A stretch of 64,000 nucleotides of DNA from Candidatus Bathyarchaeota archaeon. GTDB lineage: Archaea > Thermoproteota > Bathyarchaeia > Bathyarchaeales > DTEX01. The stretch is from NCBI GenBank assembly GCA_963714275.1, contig CAVQNT010000003.1:192001-256000 (forward strand). Reading direction: 5' to 3'. The first letter of the stretch is position 1; every line of letters starts with the position of its first letter. This document shows positions 34,042-43,950 of the stretch, piece after piece. The notes beneath the pieces were generated by a model that searched no databases, was not told the origin of the DNA, and saw only the letters and a program-made list of their open reading frames with translations. The position numbers and the translations under genes are program-made.

Positions 34042-35854
34042 ATCTCAGAGACCTTCCAAGAAATTAGCCCCGCGGACTTTTTTTACCGCAACAGGGAAAT
34101 CGCTGGCTTCACTAACCCAGCTCGGGCTATATTTGCCGCGATAAGGGAACTCGTCGAGAACTCTATGGATGCAACCGAAGCTGTAGGCATCCTTCCGGAC
34201 GTCTACATTCGGCTGACGATGGATGGACAAAACGGGACTAACGAAACATACACGCTCAGAGTTATGGACAACGGCTCAGGAATCCCCGCTCACCAGATGC
34301 CCCTTGCGCTTGGACAGTTTCTTTTCAGCTCGAAGTACAAGCTGAAGCAGGCTCGTGGAACCTTCGGGCTGGGCGGAACCATGACGATTCTTTACGGTCA
34401 GATAACGACGAACAAGCCTGTGATTGTCTTTTCAAGCACGGGAACCAGCCGAATCGTCGAATACAGGCTTATGATTGACATCGAGAGAAACCGCCCAATC
34501 ATTCTTGACCGCAAGATTCACGTGAATCCCTCGAAAGATGGCGAAAGGTGGCATGGAACAATCGTTGAGCTTCACCTTGAAGGAAGCTATGCACAAGCCA
34601 GCGCAAAGGTCCTCGAGTACATCAAACAGACAGCCATAGTTAATCCCTACGCGAACATCACCTTCATCGACCCGAAGGGAAAATTCTACAAGTTTTATAG
34701 AACCATAACCGAGATTCCTCCGCCTCCAAGAGAAACCGACCCGCATCCGCACGGAGTAGACGTGGAAACCATACAGAGAATCATCAGGTCTACCAACACG
34801 CGGAACATGCACGACTTCATGCGGAAAAACTTCCACAGAGTCGGAGAAAAAACAGCCACAGAATTCCTCAAAGTAACCAACATCCCAGAAAAAACGAATC
34901 CAAAACGGCTGAGACCCGAAGAAATCGTGACGCTTGTCCAAAAAATGAAGGACTTCGAAGGCTTCCTGCCCCCGGACGCTGCGTGCCTGTCACCGCTTGG
35001 AGAAGAACTGCTCAGAGCAGGAGTCTTGAAGGAGCTTGAACCCGAGTTCGTGGCAGTTCGCCGAAGAAACCCAGCGACCTATTTAGGTCATCCGTTTATT
35101 GTCGAAATCGCTATCAGCTTACGGGGGAAAAGTTCCAGCAAAAGACGAGGTTCTGCTTTACAGATTCGCCAACAAGATTCCCTTGGTTTACGACGAGTCA
35201 GGCGACGTTTGCTGGAGAATAGTGAGGTCGGTGAACTGGAGAAGATACAACGTCGCACCGAACATGCCGGTCGCGGTGCTCATACACCTATGCAGCACAA
35301 AAATCCCGTACAAAACCGTAGGCAAAGAAATAATATCAGACCAAGCTGAAGTCAGCAAAGAAATCCTCAACGCAATCAGAGAAGTAGCACGGGAACTCGC
35401 CCTCTACCTGTCCCGTAAAGAACGTGTCAGACGGCAGGTCAGAAGGCTAAACGTTTTCGCAAGGTACCTTCCAAAAATCGCCCAGTTCTCAGCAGGACTC
35501 AACGGAATCGAAAAGCCGCCTGAAACGGACAGGCTCTACAGAAGCCAGCAGGTCTTCAAGGACCTAACAACAAAAGACGAGTTCACGGACAGCGAACCGT
35601 TCGATTCAAGGCTTTACAGAACAGTACTTGTTCACATAGCAAACAAGCATGAAGCCAACGCCGTGAACATCAAGGTGCTCGGGTTATCTGGTTCGCAGTG
35701 GACGGATCTAATCCCAGAATCCACGCTTACCTCAGGGTCTGAGCTCTACGAGACTCTTAAGGGCAACTTTAAGCAAGTTAAGGTTCAAGTAAAATCGTCA
35801 AAGCCTGGAAAGGAAGGCTTGATAGAGGCATATGTTGATGGCGTAAGCGAATAA
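34042..35854 (+). CDS. top6B: DNA topoisomerase VI subunit B (frameshift near 35115; apparent ATC start; C-terminal extension)
   Basis: Has EISPADFFYRN, ELVENSMDA, DNGSGI, QARGTFGLG, PHPHG and RFANKIPL. Confidence 0.93.
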
Positions 35855-35883
35855 CAAAAATAGAATCAGAAGGTTGTTGAATC

Positions 35884-36975
35884 ATGTTAAAAGAAAATAT
35901 CAAAAAATCCGTTGTTGAAAGGAAAGGCATCGTGCAGAAAAGCCTCGAAGTTCTTGGAGTTAAGTTCTGCAAAGAAATAGACCAAGGCGTTTTCCCTTGG
36001 GTTGAGATGAAAAGCCGCTCCACGGACAACATTTTCTATAGTCCCGATTACAGGCAGTACATTTTGGGCGACAAAACCGTCCGTAGAAGCGCGCGGGTCA
36101 TCTCGCACCTTCGCCCGTTCACGCAGATGGTTTGGACAGCCTACTTCGTCCACGAGCTGCTGCAGCAGAAGAAAACCAGCACGCTTCGAGACGTTTACTA
36201 CTCAGCTCAAGCCTACGACATGGCTTTCCAGGACCAGTCGGAATCAGACAACATAATAACTGACCTGGAAACAACTGTTGAGTCCCCAAGAGAGTCCTTC
36301 AACGTTTTCCCAGAAGAAAGGTCAGCTGTGTTCGGGGACCTAACCATCCAATACACCGTTCCAGGATACGAGAACAGGAGAACCAACCTCGCCTCGCACC
36401 CGGACGGAATGATGATTGGACCCGCGCTTACCGAGTCGCAGTTTGTCGAAACCAGCGCTGACAAGGTTATCGTGATAGAGAAAGGCGCCATGTTCACCCG
36501 GTTCGTTGAAGAAAGAGTGTACGAAAAATTCAACTCAATCCTCATCTACACAGCAGGCCAAGCCCCCCGGTCAACAAGGTACTTCATCCGCAGACTGAAC
36601 CGAGAGCTCGGATTGCCCGTTTACATTTTCAGCGACGCCGACCCGTGGGGCATGCACATAGCCATGGTCATAATTTCAGGCTCAGCTAACGCAGCGCACC
36701 TGAGGGAGCTGACGACGCCTGATGCGAAGTGGGCGGGAGTCTGGGCGACGGACATAGTTAACTACAAGTTGCCCAGTCAGCAGCTGAACGAGATAGACGT
36801 GAAACGCCTGAAAGAGCTGAAGGACGACCCAAGATACACAGGCGGGCTGTGGCAGAGAGAAATCGACGCCTTCGTCGAGATGAAGAAGAAGTGTGAGCTT
36901 GAAGCCTTCTCCCGCTACGGGCTGACGCACATCGTGGACAAGTACCTGCCTGAAAGGCTCAGTGAACTCGGTTAG
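35884..36975 (+). CDS. top6A: DNA topoisomerase VI subunit A
   Basis: Has TLRDVYY (catalytic Tyr), Q.ESD, IEK and the TOPRIM D.DPWG. Confidence 0.96.
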   Translation: MLKENIKKSVVERKGIVQKSLEVLGVKFCKEIDQGVFPWVEMKSRSTDNIFYSPDYRQYILGDKTVRRSARVISHLRPFTQMVWTAYFVHELLQQKKTSTLRDVYYSAQAYDMAFQDQSESDNIITDLETTVESPRESFNVFPEERSAVFGDLTIQYTVPGYENRRTNLASHPDGMMIGPALTESQFVETSADKVIVIEKGAMFTRFVEERVYEKFNSILIYTAGQAPRSTRYFIRRLNRELGLPVYIFSDADPWGMHIAMVIISGSANAAHLRELTTPDAKWAGVWATDIVNYKLPSQQLNEIDVKRLKELKDDPRYTGGLWQREIDAFVEMKKKCELEAFSRYGLTHIVDKYLPERLSELG

Positions 36976-37044
36976 CAAAGCTTATAGACTGAAACCGCAT
37001 CAAACCATTTACAACATTATTAGTACACGTGGAGGCTGGAACGC

Positions 37045-37245
37045 ATGAGCAAGTCAATACCAAAATTCGGAGTCGTTTTCGCCGAAAAAGTCCTCGGCAT
37101 CCTGCTTTTCGCCATAGGCATAGTTTTGTCCTACGAAACGTACGGAAATAAGGCGGTTGCTGGAACTTTGGGGTCCATCTTCCTCATAATAGGCATCATC
37201 ATGGCAGCCTTCGGCATAATACTGATTCTAGCAAAAACCGAATAG
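37045..37245 (+). CDS. Small two-helix membrane protein
   Basis: GGAGG precedes the ATG; two hydrophobic segments. Confidence 0.75.
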   Translation: MSKSIPKFGVVFAEKVLGILLFAIGIVLSYETYGNKAVAGTLGSIFLIIGIIMAAFGIILILAKTE

Positions 37246-37420
37246 TTAGCATCGAATTTTTCTGGATATAAGAATATTTATCTTCGCTAACTACTATTCA
37301 TTTTACTGAATTTATCTATTTTCGTGGATCGGTCTTGGATCTCTTTTTCTTTTATCCCAAACGTAATTTCAACAGATTCAAGCGATCTTTGACAAGTTGA
37401 GTTTGTTTACCTTTTCAATA

Positions 37421-38435
37421 TTAGTCTCCCGGCCTGATTTCTTGGCGAAGAAACAGCATGTAGGATGAGGCGAAGCAGACGACTAAACAGACAGCTATCG
37501 CTGCTATTTGCGGCCAAGTTGCCATAAGTCCTTGAGCTGAAATCCAAAGCTCGGAATGGGGTACCGCCGCCTTGGCCTCCAATAAACCCGAATCCTCCGC
37601 CTCCTCTTGTGCCGAGAATCGCTGAGTCTGCTTCATTGTAGAGGTACGCTGGCGAGATCCTTTGAATATTAGTTTGGGTGGCGGACTGTGATTGCATACG
37701 CGCTAGATATTCTTGTGTTTGCGTTTGGTTGAATCCTCCGGGTCTCGTTTGGTTAAATCCTCCGGGGTTGTTGGATCCTCCGCCTGGGTTGAATCCTGAA
37801 GGCAGTTGGATAGGTGCTAGTATGTTGGCTACGAGCATTGCGATGATTGTGATGACGATTGAGAAGAATAGCCATGTGGCGACAGACATGAGTATCGAAG
37901 TCGTTGTTTTCTTCGTCACGATTGAGTACACTAGGCCTAAGGCAAGCCAAAAAGACAAATAAAGTATTGTCAGCAGTGCAAACACTGTTATCCTTGAAAT
38001 AGCTTCAAGGTCTGGACCAAACCCTAGAATGGGTATCGCCACACCTGACATAATGCCTATTGTGCTTCCTGTTAATAGTGAAAGAGCAGCTATTCCTGCA
38101 AGAAACTTGCCGTTGAGGACAGAGTCTCTGTATATTGGCTGAGAGAGAAGTACTGAGAGGCTGCCGCTTGTTTTCTCCTTGTTTATGGCGTCGAAGCCCA
38201 AGGATAACCCGATAATTGGTCCAAAGAAGACCATCAGGGTTGTGAAAGGAAAGCCATTCGTAGCACCAGAAAAGATTGCTACGAAGCCTGCACTGGTGTT
38301 CTCTTTTATGTACTCAGCACCTTGGTATGCCGATAAAGTCGATAAAACTATTATCAAAGTGAAGAACACCATGTAACGTTTACTTCCCAGATTGTCTACG
38401 AGTTCTTTTCTACAAACAGTTAACAAACCCGCCAT
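37421..38435 (-). CDS. ABC-2 type transporter permease (frameshift near C-terminus)
   Basis: Has KEL, GFDAINKEKTSGSL..LLSQP..R and GKF. Contains a Gly/Asn/Gln loop with a duplicated PGGFNQT. Confidence 0.85.
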
Positions 38436-38437
38436 CT

Positions 38438-39376
38438 TTAATCCTCCTCCTTATAGTATTTGAGGAAAATTTCCTCCAAGTCATACTCCTTTTGCTTCAT
38501 CATCAGAATTGTTGAAGCATGCTTCATGATTATCTCTGAAACTTCTTTTGAATTGTTGCGTTCCATGTGTACATGAAGCTTATTACCTTCTTGTTCAACA
38601 AGGGTTACGCCATCAATGCTTTTAATATCCCGAATTAGGTCGGGACTTATCTTTGTCAACTCGAATTCGATGGTAATCTGCTCTTTACCTGACAATTTGC
38701 CAGACAAGTTCTCTATTGTATCCGCGGCCACGAGTTTCCCTCCACGAATGATGCCTACCCTCTGACAGGTTTGCTGGACCTCATGCAACAAGTGCGAGGA
38801 CAAGAATATAGTGAGATCTTGTTCCTTGTTCAGCCTGAACATGATATCCCTTACATCTTTTGTGCCTTGAGGGTCCAACCCGATTGTTGGTTCATCAAAG
38901 AAGGCGACTTTAGGCTTTCTTATCAGCACCTCAGCAATCCCTAATCGCTGCTTCATTCCCCGAGAAAACTTTTCTACCTTAGTGTCAACCCACTTTGTTA
39001 AGTCTACAACCTCAAGAAACTCCTTAATTCTCTTCTCTCTTTCAGGTTTCGGGATATCATTCAATTGAGCGATATATTCGAGGTTTTGTCTTGCGGTTAA
39101 GTCTCCATAATAGCCAGCGCCTTCCGGTAGTATTCCAGCAACCGTTCTTACCTTTCTTGAATCTTTGACGATGTCGTAACCAGTGACTATAGCTGTTCCT
39201 GAAGTCGGCATTGAAAGCCCCATTAACATAAGAAGCGTCGTGGTTTTTCCAGCTCCGTTTGGGCCTAGAAAACCAAATATTTCTCCCTCGTAGACCATTA
39301 GATTCAGATGGTCAACTGCTTTGACGTTTCCGTAGTTTTTTACAAGTTCCTCGGTTTGTATCATAGGTTTGCTCAT
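38438..39376 (-). CDS. ABC transporter ATP-binding protein (exporter type)
   Basis: Has GPNGAGKTT, FSRGMKQR, DEPT.GLD and SSH. Confidence 0.92.
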   Translation of the reverse strand: MSKPMIQTEELVKNYGNVKAVDHLNLMVYEGEIFGFLGPNGAGKTTTLLMLMGLSMPTSGTAIVTGYDIVKDSRKVRTVAGILPEGAGYYGDLTARQNLEYIAQLNDIPKPEREKRIKEFLEVVDLTKWVDTKVEKFSRGMKQRLGIAEVLIRKPKVAFFDEPTIGLDPQGTKDVRDIMFRLNKEQDLTIFLSSHLLHEVQQTCQRVGIIRGGKLVAADTIENLSGKLSGKEQITIEFELTKISPDLIRDIKSIDGVTLVEQEGNKLHVHMERNNSKEVSEIIMKHASTILMMKQKEYDLEEIFLKYYKEED

Positions 39377-39380
39377 TTTT

Positions 39381-40931
39381 TCACCTTCTCTTAAACTTCA
39401 AGAATACTAAGACAAGAGCGACTACGAATATGGCAGCCACGCCAATTCCATATAATCCCCACTCAGTCGAAGTCGTAACCGTAAACCTTACCTGAACTTG
39501 ATCCGACTCAACCTGGTCGCTTAAGCCCGTCAAGGTAACCATGTAATCTCCTGTAACTGCGTCTCCAGGTGCCGTTATAACCACGCTGAACGTAGAAGAC
39601 TCGCTTGATCCGAGAACGTCAACCTTTGTGGGGCTAATTGAGGAATCCCAGTCTGTTGGAACCTCGACGTTTAGACTGACACCTGTGACAGAGGATTGCC
39701 CTGTGTTCGTAACTGTTGCCGTGAACGACGTGGTTCCTCCGGCAGTTATACTTGTCAGAAGTGTTGAAGTCTCCAAGCCTAGAGCATAAGAGCCGACGAT
39801 TGTAGCATTCAGGTTCATCTCCGCGTAGATATCACCGTTTTCTGATTTGATTTGAACAGGTATTTGGTATGTGCTGATATTAGCTGCGCTTGGAGGAGTT
39901 GCCTCAATAACTAAATCCTCAGATTCCCCAGCTGCCATGTAAATCCTCGAAATTTCTAACGTTCCAGATTTGAAAACCACCGTCCAATCAGTAGGAGGCT
40001 CAACAGATAACAATAGAAGCTTATCCGTATCACCTGAGTTTGTTATCGTGATTGGGTACTGCACGACTTTTCCCGCTTCAACCGTTACATCCGGAAATTT
40101 CGTGGTGACCCTGACCTCATCAACACCCTTTACAGGTAACTGTTGAGATTCCGAGAATGCGTAGACAACGTTGCTGGGACCTAAATAACTAACCTCCACA
40201 GTCAAAGGTAGGATTTTTCCTTTCGTACCTGTAGGCACATCTATCTGTAAAGGCAAAGTAATATTATCTCCAGGCTTAAGGTCATCCAAAAACTTAGCAT
40301 TATCTAATTTCGCTTCAAATTCCGCTGATGTACTGCTTGAATAAACTTTTAGTATCTTAATGTTCTTTGCGACTGCATCACCATCGTTGGATAACAGCAG
40401 CGAAATCTGTTGTTTGCCTTCATACAAGTTTTCATTTAATACATTCACGTCTATGTTAGGTTTCCCCGTAACTTCAAATGTTACCTCTAATTCGTCAAGA
40501 CAAAAAAAAGATATTCTAGTGACATAGAATTCAATGTTAAGGTCAGCTGTGTAATTGCCTTTTTCTAGATCACGAATTATGAATATTGGGAATTCCAGCT
40601 TTACTAAAGATCCTGTGGATATGGCTCCAGTATAGTATGTAATGGCCTTGTCTCCGCCTCCTACAGCTTCAAAGCTGTTTGGGAGGGAAAGATTGGCTTC
40701 AATGTTTGAGATAGAATAAGTTGATTCGTACATGAGGACAACAGTTAAGGTGGCAACGTCTCCTGGAGATACCTCTATCTGTTGGTTGGTTCCCCAATAA
40801 GCCTTGACAAATGTGAAATAGCCACTCACTACCAATTTGTCGGATTTAACAGGTGCAGTTAAAACAGGTACAGTGAAAATTGTTAATGTGATAAGAATCA
40901 AAATGGCACATGACAATCTAAATTTTTTCAT
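39381..40931 (-). CDS. Secreted, membrane-anchored S-layer-like protein with tandem Ig-like (NEW3/COG1470-type) domains
   Basis: N-terminal signal peptide, repeated N.G...W...P..GE...P..A..G.Y units, and a C-terminal TM helix with KRR. Confidence 0.8.
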   Translation of the reverse strand: MKKFRLSCAILILITLTIFTVPVLTAPVKSDKLVVSGYFTFVKAYWGTNQQIEVSPGDVATLTVVLMYESTYSISNIEANLSLPNSFEAVGGGDKAITYYTGAISTGSLVKLEFPIFIIRDLEKGNYTADLNIEFYVTRISFFCLDELEVTFEVTGKPNIDVNVLNENLYEGKQQISLLLSNDGDAVAKNIKILKVYSSSTSAEFEAKLDNAKFLDDLKPGDNITLPLQIDVPTGTKGKILPLTVEVSYLGPSNVVYAFSESQQLPVKGVDEVRVTTKFPDVTVEAGKVVQYPITITNSGDTDKLLLLSVEPPTDWTVVFKSGTLEISRIYMAAGESEDLVIEATPPSAANISTYQIPVQIKSENGDIYAEMNLNATIVGSYALGLETSTLLTSITAGGTTSFTATVTNTGQSSVTGVSLNVEVPTDWDSSISPTKVDVLGSSESSTFSVVITAPGDAVTGDYMVTLTGLSDQVESDQVQVRFTVTTSTEWGLYGIGVAAIFVVALVLVFLKFKRR

Positions 40932-40984
40932 TTAACAATTGTCTCCGTTTTTTCAAGGATCATTGATTCATGACTTAAAGTGTC

Positions 40985-40999
40985 TTTCAGAATTATGCC
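40985..40999 (-). promoter_or_regulatory. Operator-like motif GGCATAATTCTGAAA abutting BRE/TATA of the S-layer/ABC operon
   Basis: The minus strand reads GGCATAATTCTGAAAGACACTTTAAG, which is 14/15 identical to the two other copies. Confidence 0.6.
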
Positions 41000-41110
41000 A
41001 AACTCTTCTAAGCGCTCTCGTCAATACACCCATACAGTTCATTTCTTCTGGATTTTTTTTACCCAGAAGAGGGTTTTATTTCGGATTCGGTACACTGGCT
41101 GCAACATTAT

Positions 41111-41263
41111 TTACACTCCAATTGTCGCATTGTTCATCGTGATGGTCATAGCCAAAATATCCAGCTCATTCTCAATGTCTTCACTTTTGCAGCCTTCATT
41201 ACCACATATAGTAAAAAAGGGACCACGATTGTCGTTGGTTTCTAGACTTAAGCTTTGTGCCAT
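41111..41263 (-). CDS. Putative 50-aa small protein or gene remnant
   Basis: ATG 41263 follows GAGGGTG and lies downstream of the motif plus TATA at about 41310-41338. No recognisable motif. Confidence 0.3.
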   Translation of the reverse strand: MAQSLSLETNDNRGPFFTICGNEGCKSEDIENELDILAMTITMNNATIGV

Positions 41264-41315
41264 TTCATACACACCCTCTTCATGGGCTTATTCAAGAAGA
41301 AGAGAAAAAATAATA

Positions 41316-41338
41316 AAAGGATTTTTCAAAATTATGCC
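41316..41338 (-). promoter_or_regulatory. Operator-like motif with BRE/TATA
   Basis: Exact 23-bp reverse complement of 42466-42488 (GGCATAATTTTGAAAAATCCTTT). Confidence 0.65.
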
Positions 41339-41411
41339 TAAATCTATACATAATTGTGCTCGAAGATAGTAAAATTTGTTGCAGGAAAGAATTTGGGTTG
41401 ATATAAGCCTT

Positions 41412-41978
41412 TTAGTATTTTACGCTGAGATAGACTAGAATAGAGAGTGCTACGCACGCAAAAAGGTCCGGCAGCATGGCGAAAGGTCCGAGACCAGAGG
41501 CGCGGAAACCGAAGGGCCACTGTAAAATTGGGTTGGACGTAATGGTGTAGAGAAGCAGAATTGTTGAGAATATTATTAATCCAATTGTGAAGCTTGACTT
41601 GGTCCTGCGGTATATGTCAATATATGTGAACAAAAGAATTATTACGAGAGTTATGTTTACCGTGGAGATCACTGTTTTGATTGTGTAGAACAGTTCTATG
41701 TCTCCAGGAGGAGACGGCTGAATCCCCCACTCTGCCAATCTTGCATTAATGGCCATTCCAATTTCTTCTAGGCTAGCACCATTTCTTCTCATGCTTTCTA
41801 TGAGCTGCTCAATTTCGATTCTGTGTTCTTCAGAAAGGTTTAAGCGTTCCCACCCTTGGCGTTCCAGCGGAGAACCAAAAGGCGCGTTAATAGCCCAAAT
41901 AGTGGCAAGTAGCGCCACCACTACTAAGGTCACTAGAATAAACAATATTCTATAGTCTCGGTTCATCATGAGGCTCAT
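41412..41978 (-). CDS. Membrane protein (four TM helices) with an extracytoplasmic helical loop
   Basis: ATGA overlap with the upstream wHTH gene. The loop contains LNLSEEHR.EI..L. Confidence 0.75.
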   Translation of the reverse strand: MSLMMNRDYRILFILVTLVVVALLATIWAINAPFGSPLERQGWERLNLSEEHRIEIEQLIESMRRNGASLEEIGMAINARLAEWGIQPSPPGDIELFYTIKTVISTVNITLVIILLFTYIDIYRRTKSSFTIGLIIFSTILLLYTITSNPILQWPFGFRASGLGPFAMLPDLFACVALSILVYLSVKY

Positions 41979-42298
41979 TTGTTTTCCTCCCTTTTTTCTT
42001 TTTTCCCAAATCTTTCCCAAATCTCTTCAAACACTACGTAATTTAATTCCATTTCTGGGGACAGAAAATACGTAAGACCGTACCTGTCTCCAGCGGAAAC
42101 AATTATTCTGTTCTTCTCTAAGACTTTTAGATGGTGCCTTATCGTCCGATAGTCCATTTCAATAAGGTTCGCCAACTGATTCGCATTTTTCGGAGTTTCC
42201 TTCAGAGCCAAAATTATTTGGGCGCGGCTGACTCCTCCTCTAGTGCCAGCTATGAGCCATCCTAGAACATATTTCAGTGGGCGAGCGTCATAGGACAT
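41975..42298 (-). CDS. ArsR-like winged helix-turn-helix regulator
   Basis: Has WLIAGTRGG..R..I, NANQLA, DY.TIRHHL.VL.KN and YG..YF. Confidence 0.88.
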   Translation of the reverse strand: MSYDARPLKYVLGWLIAGTRGGVSRAQIILALKETPKNANQLANLIEMDYRTIRHHLKVLEKNRIIVSAGDRYGLTYFLSPEMELNYVVFEEIWERFGKKEKREENK

Positions 42299-42465
42299 TC
42301 GTACAGCTCCGAAAGAGTGAGGTATGGGAATTATGTTTCTACTGAATTTATTTAGGTTATGGTAATAATAAATTCCCTTGTTATTAGGAGTTTAAGACTT
42401 GAAATAAAAGCCCATTTTTTCAGTCTAAAAACACGTCTATTTCATAACGTTAATAATTGGATTAT

Positions 42466-42488
42466 GGCATAATTTTGAAAAATCCTTT
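42466..42488 (+). promoter_or_regulatory. Operator-like motif with BRE/TATA of the htrA-like gene
   Basis: GGCATAATTTTGAAAAATCCTTTAATAA lies about 35-60 bp upstream of the start at 42527. Confidence 0.65.
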
Positions 42489-42526
42489 AATAACCATGGG
42501 TCGCTGTAAAAAATGAGGATTGGACC

Positions 42527-43768
42527 TTGGAAACTTCCCCAAAACCGAAAATGAAAGTTTTTGTAGCTATTTTGGTTATCACCGCAGTCGCAGGACTTCT
42601 TGTTGGAGGCTGGCTTGGCTATTTTATTAGTAGCTCAACAGCTTCCGAAAGGATTGATGTCCTACAAAATGAATTGACGACGCTTCAACAACAAGTTCAG
42701 ACCCTTCAAATAGTGAATAAAGTCACTTACCAGAATATTACTTATATTTTAGGAGAGAATGTTTCTCTTTCTCGACTGTACGAGCGAATCGAAAATTCCA
42801 TCGTTGTGATACGAGGGCTGATATTGGAATACGATATCTTTAGGCGTCCCTATTACACTCAAATTCAAGGAACAGGATTCGTCTACAACTTCTCTGGAGA
42901 AATGGTGATTCTCACAAACTACCATGTGGTGGGTGGCGCAATCAACGTCACAGTAACATTCGTGAACGGAAACGGGTACACCGCTTCAGTGTTGGGTTCA
43001 GATCCTTACGCGGACCTTGCAGTGCTTTCAACCGATGCGCCGTACAGTGAGTATAGTCCGCTTGAAATCGTTAACTCGTCGACCCTAATGGTTGGTGAAC
43101 CAGTATTGACGGTCGGCAACCCGTATGGACTAGCAGGATCAATAACTACCGGGATAGTAAGTGCGATGGGCAGAACAATAACTGAGGAAGCGTCAGGTTC
43201 CTACGCAATAGCCGACGTTATTCAGACAACAGCTTTATTGAACCCAGGCAATTCAGGGGGTCCACTTCTGGACTACAAAGGCCAAGTCGTAGGCATAACA
43301 ACAGCCATCGTAAGCGGTTCGCAGGGATTGAGCTTCGCAATTCCCTCAAACACAATATTACGTGAAATTGATTCCCTCATGTCAACGGGCTCTTACAATA
43401 AGCATTCGTGGCTGGGCGTAGCTGGGGCAGACATGACCTATGAAATCGCAGAAGCAATGAACACCAACGTAACTTACGGATGGCTAATAACTCAAGTTAC
43501 GAGCAATGGACCAGCGGACAACGCGGGTTTACGGGGCGGAACAAAACAAGTTGTGGTCGCTGGAGAATACGTCATAATTGGTGGCGACGTGATAAAAGCA
43601 GTCGACGGAACAAGAATTACGAGCATGGACGACCTCTTAACTTATTTGGAAACATACACTGTGCCGGGACAAACAATCAACATGACGATAGTGAGAAACA
43701 ACCAGATAATCACACTTCAGGTTGAATTAGGAACACGACCTTTACTGAGCTCAGCTAGAATATTATGA
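42527..43768 (+). CDS. Membrane-anchored HtrA/DegP-type serine protease with PDZ domain
   Basis: N-terminal TM and coiled coil, TNYHVV, DLAVL, NPGNSGGPL and a C-terminal PDZ domain. Confidence 0.92.
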   Translation: METSPKPKMKVFVAILVITAVAGLLVGGWLGYFISSSTASERIDVLQNELTTLQQQVQTLQIVNKVTYQNITYILGENVSLSRLYERIENSIVVIRGLILEYDIFRRPYYTQIQGTGFVYNFSGEMVILTNYHVVGGAINVTVTFVNGNGYTASVLGSDPYADLAVLSTDAPYSEYSPLEIVNSSTLMVGEPVLTVGNPYGLAGSITTGIVSAMGRTITEEASGSYAIADVIQTTALLNPGNSGGPLLDYKGQVVGITTAIVSGSQGLSFAIPSNTILREIDSLMSTGSYNKHSWLGVAGADMTYEIAEAMNTNVTYGWLITQVTSNGPADNAGLRGGTKQVVVAGEYVIIGGDVIKAVDGTRITSMDDLLTYLETYTVPGQTINMTIVRNNQIITLQVELGTRPLLSSARIL

Positions 43769-43950
43769 ATTTAATGACTTTTTTAGAACAAATTCACGAC
43801 TATAATCGTTAAAATGGTACAAGCAAAAACCGGATAATTGTTGTAGTCTAGATTCGTCGTTAAAGACAACTTGGTTTCTTCTTTTTTGGAAAAGCGTTAT
43901 CTTCATTGTACGTGAAAGATATTAGCGGTTCAAAGTTTAAAGGTGAAAAC

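Noticed and set aside
41316-42488. 23-bp inverted repeats as transposon ends or an invertible segment
   Set aside because: There is no transposase or recombinase and no target-site duplication. A third copy and the consistent BRE/TATA register fit promoter motifs better.
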